Shown: positions 57,719 through 64,000 of the stretch, one piece after another
Layout: each line of letters starts with the position of its first letter
How positions within the stretch are numbered: the first letter of the stretch is position 1
Assembly: GCA_965207065.1 (NCBI GenBank)
Contig: OZ242260.1
Coordinates: 2,810,017-2,874,016, forward strand
Direction of reading: 5' to 3'
Source: a bacterium
Lineage (GTDB): Bacteria > UBA8248
Length of the DNA: 64,000 nt
Translations under genes and position numbers: made by a program
The notes under the pieces: generated by a model
What the model saw: the letters and a program-made list of their open reading frames with translations, nothing else
Told to the model about the DNA's origin: nothing
Database searches by the model: none

Positions 57719-58414
57719 ATGGAGATGAATAAGCCGATGTCAGCCTCACGTTTTCGTTCGAAAGGTTTCTGGAAGAAGCGGACGCCTCGCGCGCGCTTGC
57801 GCCGCCATGTGGCGCTCGCCATCGTCCTCGCATTCTTCGTCAGCGGCTGCGTCACGCCCACGCCGAGGCGGCAGGGGAACATCTGCGAGATTTTCGACCA
57901 GCAGCCCGACTGGTACGACTACGCCCGCGCGTCCGAGAAACGCTGGGGCACGCCGGTGCACGTGCTCATGGCGTTCGTGAAGAAAGAATCGAGTTTCCAG
58001 AGCCACGCGAGGCCGCCCATGCGGTGGTTCCTGTTCATCCCGCTCGGCCGCCCCTCCACGGCGCTTGGCTATGCGCAGCCCCTGAACCAGACCTGGGGGG
58101 ACTACAAGGCGGAGCGCGGCAGCTGGCTGAGCAGCCGCACGCGCATGAAGGATGCGCTCGACTTCGTCGGCTGGTACAACGCCAAGTCACGGCGCGAACT
58201 GGGCATTTCCCTGAACGACGCGCACAGGCTCTACCTCGCCTATCACGAGGGAAGGGGCGGCTACCGGCGCGGAACGTGGAAGAAAAAGCCGAAAATCCGC
58301 CGCGCGGCGCGGCGCGTGGCCGAGACCGCCCGGCTCTACAAGGCCCAGCTCGCGCGCTGCGAATCGAGGTTCCGGTGCGATTCGTGGTATCAGGTCTGGC
58401 CCTTTTGCCGCTGA
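57719..58414 (+). CDS. hypothetical lipoprotein
   Basis: Basic N-terminus, hydrophobic segment and lipobox-like FVSGC; no recognised domain. Confidence 0.45.
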   Translation: MEMNKPMSASRFRSKGFWKKRTPRARLRRHVALAIVLAFFVSGCVTPTPRRQGNICEIFDQQPDWYDYARASEKRWGTPVHVLMAFVKKESSFQSHARPPMRWFLFIPLGRPSTALGYAQPLNQTWGDYKAERGSWLSSRTRMKDALDFVGWYNAKSRRELGISLNDAHRLYLAYHEGRGGYRRGTWKKKPKIRRAARRVAETARLYKAQLARCESRFRCDSWYQVWPFCR

Positions 58415-58424
58415 GGATTACTGA

Positions 58425-59105
58425 ATGATTCCGTACCGTATTCTTAAATGCCCTGCGATTGTCCTCTGCGTTCTGACCGCCTTTCTCATCCTTACTCCCG
58501 GCGTTCTCCTGGCGCAGGAGATCGTGCTCGGCCGCTTCTCGGCGGGCGACCTCTCCGGCTGGGAACCCAAGAGTTTCGAGGGCGAGACCAGGTATCGACT
58601 CGTCAAGTTGCGAGGCGGCGAAACGGTCCTCGAAGCGGTGAGCAACGCGGCTGCGTCCGGCCTGGTGCTCAAGCGGAAGATCGACCTCACGAAAACGCCG
58701 ATTCTCATCTGGCGCTGGCGGATCGAGCGCCCCGTCAACCCGCCGGATGAGTTGTCCAAAGAAGGAGACGACTTCGCCGCCCGCGTCTATTTCCTGGCGC
58801 CCGGCGCCGGCTGGCTCTCTTTTCCGGATTCGGTCGTCTACGTCTGGGCCAGCGGGCAGCCTGTAGGCTCCGCCTGGCCGAACCCCTACACCAAGAAGGC
58901 CCACATGGTCGCCGTCGATTCAGGCGCGGGCCTCGCCGGGCAGTGGCGGACCCATCGCCGGAACATGCGCGCGGATTTCAGGCGCTACTTCGGCCGCGAC
59001 ATCACCGAGATCACCCACATCGCCATCATGACCGACACCGACAACAGCAAGCTCTCGGCCCGCGGCTGGTACGGCGATATCCGCGTCGCCTCCGCCGGAC
59101 CATAA
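58425..59105 (+). CDS. secreted hypothetical protein (possibly DUF3047-like)
   Basis: Signal peptide (MIPYRILKCPAIVLCVLTAFLILTPGVLLAQ); family assignment tentative. Confidence 0.45.
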   Translation: MIPYRILKCPAIVLCVLTAFLILTPGVLLAQEIVLGRFSAGDLSGWEPKSFEGETRYRLVKLRGGETVLEAVSNAAASGLVLKRKIDLTKTPILIWRWRIERPVNPPDELSKEGDDFAARVYFLAPGAGWLSFPDSVVYVWASGQPVGSAWPNPYTKKAHMVAVDSGAGLAGQWRTHRRNMRADFRRYFGRDITEITHIAIMTDTDNSKLSARGWYGDIRVASAGP

Positions 59106-59138
59106 AATAAATCGAACTAACCAACAGGAAATTAAATC

Positions 59139-59768
59139 GTGCATGTAGCCGTGATCGATATAGGAAGTCCTAAGAATAATAATATCGGTTGGGCTCTCGT
59201 GGGCGATAAAGCCGATTGCGGTACTAATCTGGACGAGTGTGCGAAAGTTCTCGCCCAAGTGCTTAAAACTGAACCCTTGGCACTTGGTTTTGAGGCTCCG
59301 ATGTTCGTACCTATGAGAAATGAGCCTTTTAGTCTAACGAGCGCACGTTGTGGCGAGACGGGGGAGGGTATTAGTAGACCATTCTCGGCCAGCGCTGGCG
59401 CCTCAGTCTTGGTCACTTCTACGGTGGTCGTGCCTTACGTTCTTCGTTGTCTCAGGAAAACTGTTCCAGACGTGACGGCGACGCTTGATTGGAATGGCTG
59501 GCCAAATGAACCCAGACAATCGAGTCGGATGCTTCTATTTGAGGCTTTTGTCACGAACCAGGATAAAGCTAGGCAGCACTTTGAAGATGCCCGGTTGGCG
59601 GCTAAGGAACTCTACACCAAGCTCAGGGGCAATAAGAAAATCGAATCATCTGTGACGGTAGATAAATGTTTCAGTATTCTCGGTGCCATGATGTTGCGGA
59701 CTGGATTGTCTAAGGATATTTCTGTGCTATCTCAACCATGTTTAGTAGTCAGGCCAAACACTGAATAG
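59139..59768 (+). CDS. hypothetical protein with RNase H-like (RuvC/YqgF-type) N-terminal motif
   Basis: N-terminus MHVAVIDIGSPKNNNIGWALVGD resembles RuvC-I/YqgF motifs; gene is markedly lower in GC than its neighbours. Confidence 0.45.
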   Translation: MHVAVIDIGSPKNNNIGWALVGDKADCGTNLDECAKVLAQVLKTEPLALGFEAPMFVPMRNEPFSLTSARCGETGEGISRPFSASAGASVLVTSTVVVPYVLRCLRKTVPDVTATLDWNGWPNEPRQSSRMLLFEAFVTNQDKARQHFEDARLAAKELYTKLRGNKKIESSVTVDKCFSILGAMMLRTGLSKDISVLSQPCLVVRPNTE

Positions 59769-59814
59769 TGAAAGAGTTATAGTTCCACGTATGTGTTGAC
59801 ATGGAGCTACCCAG

Positions 59815-60654
59815 CTATTCGCCGGGCTGTTCCTTGTTTTTTTCGATGGCCGCCATCGCCAGTTCGCGGTCTTCGGGGTCTTCCACGCGGCGCGCGGTAT
59901 CGAGAGCGGCGTCGATTTGCCCCTCTTGCGCCTGCGCCAAGGCGATATCCCGGTAAGCCCAGGAGCGATATGGAGCTTTACCGATGCCGCTTGCGGAGTT
60001 GAGAGCGACGGGGAAATCTCCTGCGTTCGCCTGGACCGTCGCGATTTCCTGCAAGGCCCAGGAGCGCCAGGCAGGGTCGCCGATTTCACGGGCGTTCTGA
60101 ACGGCTGCGGTGAAATCCCCCGCCTCGGCCATGCCCATGACGCTTCGCCACGCATTTTCGGAAAGGCTTTTCTCGTCGCGGATCTCCTCGATCGCCTCCA
60201 GAGCGGCGTTCAGCGTGTGGGAGGCGATGGCGGCGGCGGGACCACTCTGGATGGCGGAGAAGTGCTTGAGCGCCTGCATTTGATCGTCGGGGTCGTCGAT
60301 GCGGCGTATCGTCTCGATGGCTTCGCTGATTTGTCCCGCCCTCGTCTGCGCAATGGCGATTTCACGCAAGGCGGAGGCGTAAAAAAGAGCGCTTCCGATG
60401 CCTCGCGCGGTCTCGATAGCGGCGTCGATATCCCCCGCCTGCGCCTGTGAGCCGGCGAGCTCACTCAGATGAATGGAGCGGTTGGTGATTTCGCTCAGGA
60501 ATCGCGAGATTTCGGCCTCGGGCGTGAGCTCCCGGCCGTCGAGCGTCTCCTCCCGGATTTCCGCGCTTTCCGGCAGGAAAGAAGCCGGAGGCTTCTCCTC
60601 GGCTTCGCTCGAATTCCCCATAAATCGCATCAAACTCCGAAAAATGTTTCTCAT
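59815..60654 (-). CDS. TPR-like helical repeat protein (tandem paralog 1)
   Basis: Repeated about 31-aa units (A..A..IGDP..RS.AL.EIA.AQA.AG); about 90% identical to 60968-61819. Confidence 0.6.
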   Translation of the reverse strand: MRNIFRSLMRFMGNSSEAEEKPPASFLPESAEIREETLDGRELTPEAEISRFLSEITNRSIHLSELAGSQAQAGDIDAAIETARGIGSALFYASALREIAIAQTRAGQISEAIETIRRIDDPDDQMQALKHFSAIQSGPAAAIASHTLNAALEAIEEIRDEKSLSENAWRSVMGMAEAGDFTAAVQNAREIGDPAWRSWALQEIATVQANAGDFPVALNSASGIGKAPYRSWAYRDIALAQAQEGQIDAALDTARRVEDPEDRELAMAAIEKNKEQPGE

Positions 60655-60967
60655 CTGGGTCCTCGTCTATCGGTATGAGAGATTTCATATTGAACGCGAT
60701 GTTTTTCCACAGGATTGATATCGTTAGCCTTGTTCTAAGCAGTCATTATCATCTCGTTTGTTTTGATTTGCAAAAGAAAAAGCACTCAAGAAGCCGAGAT
60801 TACGTATTATCGCCATAGATATTATATTGTAAATACCAATATTTATAGGATTACTATGAATCGAGGCTGATGCCGAACAGGCAGGGTCGGTGAGAATGCG
60901 CGCTCATCTTTGCTCCTCGATCGCCTCGGCGAAGCGCTCGGCGATGTCGGCGGCGCGGCTTGGCGCG

Positions 60968-61819
60968 CTATTTACCGGGTTGTTCCTTGTGTTTTTCGAT
61001 GGCGGCCATCGCCTGCTCGCGGTCTTCGGGGTCTTCCACGCGGCGCGCGGTGTCGAGAGCGGCCTCGATTTGCTCCTCTTGCGCCTGCGCCACGGCGATA
61101 TCCCGGTAAGCCCAGGAGCGGTACAGCGCCTTGCTGATGCCGCTTGCGGAGTTGAGAGCGGCGGGGAAATCTCCCGCCTGCGCCTGACCCGTCGCGATTT
61201 CCTGCAAGGCCCAGGAGCGCCAGGCAGGGTCGCCGATTTCACGGGCGTTCTGAACGGCTGCGGTGAAATCCCCCGCCTCGGCCAGGTCCATGACGCTTCG
61301 CCACGCATTTTCGGAAAGGCTTTTCTCGTCGCGGATCTCCTCGACCGCCTCCAGGGCGGCGTTGATCGCTTGGGAGGCGATGGCAGAGCCGGGACCACTC
61401 TGGATGGCGGAGAAGTGCTTGAGCGCCTGCATCTGATCGTCGGGATCGTCGATTCGGCGTATCGTCTCGATGGCTTCGCTGATTTGTCCCGCCCTCGCCT
61501 GAGCAATGGCGATTTCCCGCAAGGCGGAGGCGTAAAAAAGAGCGCTTCCGATGCCTCGCGCGGTCTCGATGGCGGCGTCGATATCCCCCGCCTGCGCCTG
61601 TGAGTGGGCGAGCTCGCTCAGATGAATGGAGCGGTTGGTGATTTCGCTCAGGAATCGCGTGGTTTCGGCCACGGGCGTGAGCTCCCGGCCGTCGAGCGTC
61701 TCCTCCCGGATTTCCGCGCTTTCCGGCAGGAAAGAAGCCGGAGGCTTCTCCTCGGCTTCGGGCGAAACCCCCATGAATCTCATCAAACTCCGGAGTATGT
61801 TTCTCATCCGGGTCCTCAA
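60968..61819 (-). CDS. TPR-like helical repeat protein (tandem paralog 2)
   Basis: Same architecture; N-terminus MRNI(F/L)RSLMRFMG shared, upstream sequence partly shared. Confidence 0.6.
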   Translation of the reverse strand: MRTRMRNILRSLMRFMGVSPEAEEKPPASFLPESAEIREETLDGRELTPVAETTRFLSEITNRSIHLSELAHSQAQAGDIDAAIETARGIGSALFYASALREIAIAQARAGQISEAIETIRRIDDPDDQMQALKHFSAIQSGPGSAIASQAINAALEAVEEIRDEKSLSENAWRSVMDLAEAGDFTAAVQNAREIGDPAWRSWALQEIATGQAQAGDFPAALNSASGISKALYRSWAYRDIAVAQAQEEQIEAALDTARRVEDPEDREQAMAAIEKHKEQPGK

Positions 61820-62052
61820 TTATCCCTTGCTGGATTATTCACCTTGATTCAAACTGATCGTCCATACAAGGTTCATGTGATTGTGTCGCACTGTGAAAAT
61901 ATTATCTTCGCATTCGCTTTATTTTGCAAAAAAAAAGCACTCGAACAACTGGAATTATTGATAGTTGCCACGAGAATGGCGGGGAAAGCAAAAAATGAAA
62001 GGAAAAACAGGTCCGATGCCTCGTTCGGCAGGACGGGAAACTCGCGCGGCTC

Positions 62053-63984
62053 CTACTCCTCTATCGCCTCGGCGACGAGTTCGGCGATGTCGGCGGCGCG
62101 GATGTTCTTCTCCGGGTCGAGCGTCTTGAGAGCGTCATCGAACATCTGCATGCAGAAAGGACACGAGACGGCGGCGGTTTCGGCCCCGCATGCCTTCACG
62201 TCCTCGAGCCGCTCGTGGTTGATGCGCTTTTTGGGGTCATCGTCCATCCATGCGTAGCCGCCGCCCGCGCCGCAGCAAAGCGAGCGCGAGCGGTTGCGCG
62301 CGAGCTCGGTGAAGCCGCCGTCGGATATCTGGTGCAGCACCTCGCGCGGGGCGTCGTACACGCCGTTGTGGCGGCCCAGGTAGCAGGGGTCGTGGTAGGT
62401 GATGGAGCCGAGCGATTTCTTGAGCTTGAGTTTTCCTGATTTTATGAGTTCCGCGATGAGCTGCGTGTGGTGCACCACCTCGTAGTTTCCCCCGAAGTCG
62501 GGGTATTCGTTCTTGTACGTGTTGAAGCAATGCGGGCAGGTGGTGATGATTTTCTTCACCTCATAGCCGTTCAGCGTCTCGATGTTCTGTTTCGCGCACA
62601 TCTGGAAGGTGAACTCGCCCCCGGCCCGACGGGCGGGGTCGCCTGTGCAGACCTCCTCCGCGCCCAGGATGGCGAAGTCCACGCCCGCGGCTGAGAGTAT
62701 CTTCACCATCGCCCGCGACACCTCGATGTTGCGGTCGATCATCGAACCCGTACAGCCCACCCAGTAGAGATATTCCGCCTTCTCTCCGCTTGCGAGGACT
62801 TTCACGTCGAGGCCCTCGTACCATTCCTCGCGGTTGTGTTGCGCGCCCACCCAGGGGTGTTGCCGCTCGTCCATCGACTTCAGGAACTGGCGCGCGTCCT
62901 CGCTCGTTTTGGATTCCATCATCACCAGGTAGCGCCGCATGTCCACCATCTTGGGGATGTGCTCGATGAATACCGGGCACTCCTGCTGGCAGGCCCCGCA
63001 GGTGCGGCAGCCCCAGAGTTCTTCTTCCAGGACGGCGGGTTCGTCCCCGGGCTCGCCGAACAGGGGCGTCCTCTCGCCGGCTTCACCGTTTTCCGCGAGC
63101 GCCGCCGGGCCCGTCTCGCTCAGGTGCGTCTTCATGTCCTGGATCAGCTTTTTGGGGCTGAGCGGCACCCCGCTCATGTAGGCGGGGCAGACGTCCTGGC
63201 AGCGGCCGCAGTTCGTACACGCGTCCAGATCCAGCAGGTTTTTCCAGGTGTACCCCTCGATCTTCTCCACCCCCAGGGTTTCCAGCGCCTCGGGGTCCGC
63301 TTCCATCGTCGCCTCGATGTCGATGAAGCTCAGCTTGCCGCTCGACTCCAGATTTCTGCAGAACATGTTCAACAGGCCGTACCAGATGTGGTTGAACTTC
63401 CCGAAGCCCATGTAGCCGAGCAGGACGAACGCAGTAATGGCGTGGAACCACCAGTTGATGCGGTGGAGGAACCGGAGCGTCTCGAGGCTCAGCCCCTGGA
63501 GAGTCAGGGCGACCGCGTAGCCGCCCGGCGACCACGGGGCCAGGGCCGGGTTGTGTCTGAGTTCGGTTGCCGCGATGCGCAGCCCTTCCACGACGAAGCC
63601 CTGCACGAAAACGAGCAGGAGCAGCCACAGCGCGAGGTAGTCGTCGAGCACGGAGTTCATGCGCTCGGGCTTCATCACCAGGCGCCGCCAGAGGGCCATG
63701 AGTATTCCGACGATCCCCAACAGCCCGAAGCCGTCGCTGAGCAGCGAGTAGCCCAGGTAGAGGTTTCCCTTGAGATAGTGGATTCCCGTCCATTCCTGAA
63801 CGGCGATCATCGAAGTGGCGATCAGTTCGACGAAAAAGCCGTAGAAGATGAACAGGTGCATGAGGCCGGGGTAGGTGTCCCGCAGCATCCGTCGGTGGAG
63901 CACCAGCTCATCCACAACCCCCCAGAGGCGTTTCACCGGTTTGTCGGTTCTCATTTCGCCGCCGCCCAGGCGCCACAACCTCAC
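62053..63984 (-). CDS. membrane-anchored Fe-S oxidoreductase (N-terminal NarI-like membrane domain fused to HdrD/DsrK-like 4Fe-4S + CCG domains)
   Basis: N-terminal multi-TM region; ferredoxin motifs CTNCGRCQDVCP and CRTCGACQQECP; two Cys-rich CCG-type segments (CTGDP...TTCPHC, CCGAGGGY...CPFC). Confidence 0.8.
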   Translation of the reverse strand: MRLWRLGGGEMRTDKPVKRLWGVVDELVLHRRMLRDTYPGLMHLFIFYGFFVELIATSMIAVQEWTGIHYLKGNLYLGYSLLSDGFGLLGIVGILMALWRRLVMKPERMNSVLDDYLALWLLLLVFVQGFVVEGLRIAATELRHNPALAPWSPGGYAVALTLQGLSLETLRFLHRINWWFHAITAFVLLGYMGFGKFNHIWYGLLNMFCRNLESSGKLSFIDIEATMEADPEALETLGVEKIEGYTWKNLLDLDACTNCGRCQDVCPAYMSGVPLSPKKLIQDMKTHLSETGPAALAENGEAGERTPLFGEPGDEPAVLEEELWGCRTCGACQQECPVFIEHIPKMVDMRRYLVMMESKTSEDARQFLKSMDERQHPWVGAQHNREEWYEGLDVKVLASGEKAEYLYWVGCTGSMIDRNIEVSRAMVKILSAAGVDFAILGAEEVCTGDPARRAGGEFTFQMCAKQNIETLNGYEVKKIITTCPHCFNTYKNEYPDFGGNYEVVHHTQLIAELIKSGKLKLKKSLGSITYHDPCYLGRHNGVYDAPREVLHQISDGGFTELARNRSRSLCCGAGGGYAWMDDDPKKRINHERLEDVKACGAETAAVSCPFCMQMFDDALKTLDPEKNIRAADIAELVAEAIEE

Positions 63985-64000
63985 GCGCTGGTAGATACCG

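Overview
High-GC (about 62-65%) bacterial chromosomal window, read by eye without tools; coordinates of non-ORF features are approximate (+/-2 nt). It opens with a conserved division cluster (ftsZ-pgeF-yggS-proC-yggT-divIVA-DUF167), then mtnA and tRNA-Asp. The rest is a mosaic of accessory-like patches: two ABC transporters, a CoA-transferase/cupin/FGE-sulfatase group, a periplasmic c-type cytochrome + peroxidase + YVTN beta-propeller operon, 2-oxoacid dehydrogenase E1 alpha/beta, three type II toxin-antitoxin loci (Phd-ParE, MazEF, DinJ with a stop-disrupted YafQ), class II ribonucleotide reductase nrdJ, lpdA, ilvE-like, acyl-CoA dehydrogenase, a Fic gene, and an HdrD-like Fe-S oxidoreductase. 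The most unusual signals are: (1) a carboxymuconolactone-decarboxylase/AhpD-like gene with an in-frame TGA exactly at the second Cys of the catalytic CxxC motif plus a downstream hairpin, i.e. a probable selenoprotein split into two ORFs in the track, next to an orphan xanthine-dehydrogenase-family Mo subunit inside a lower-GC (about 52%) block abutting tRNA-Ala; (2) a tandem array of alternating hairpins downstream of nrdJ with an identical 21-nt loop and covarying stems; (3) an identical 31-bp motif in inverted orientation upstream of two inward-facing genes 17.5 kb apart; (4) three paralogous small membrane-protein genes; (5) a retropepsin-like protease module in a low-GC patch; (6) a Fic gene bracketed by 35-bp direct repeats; (7) a dispersed REP-like palindrome family. 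I cannot name a single defined novel system with confidence; these are the candidates worth follow-up.
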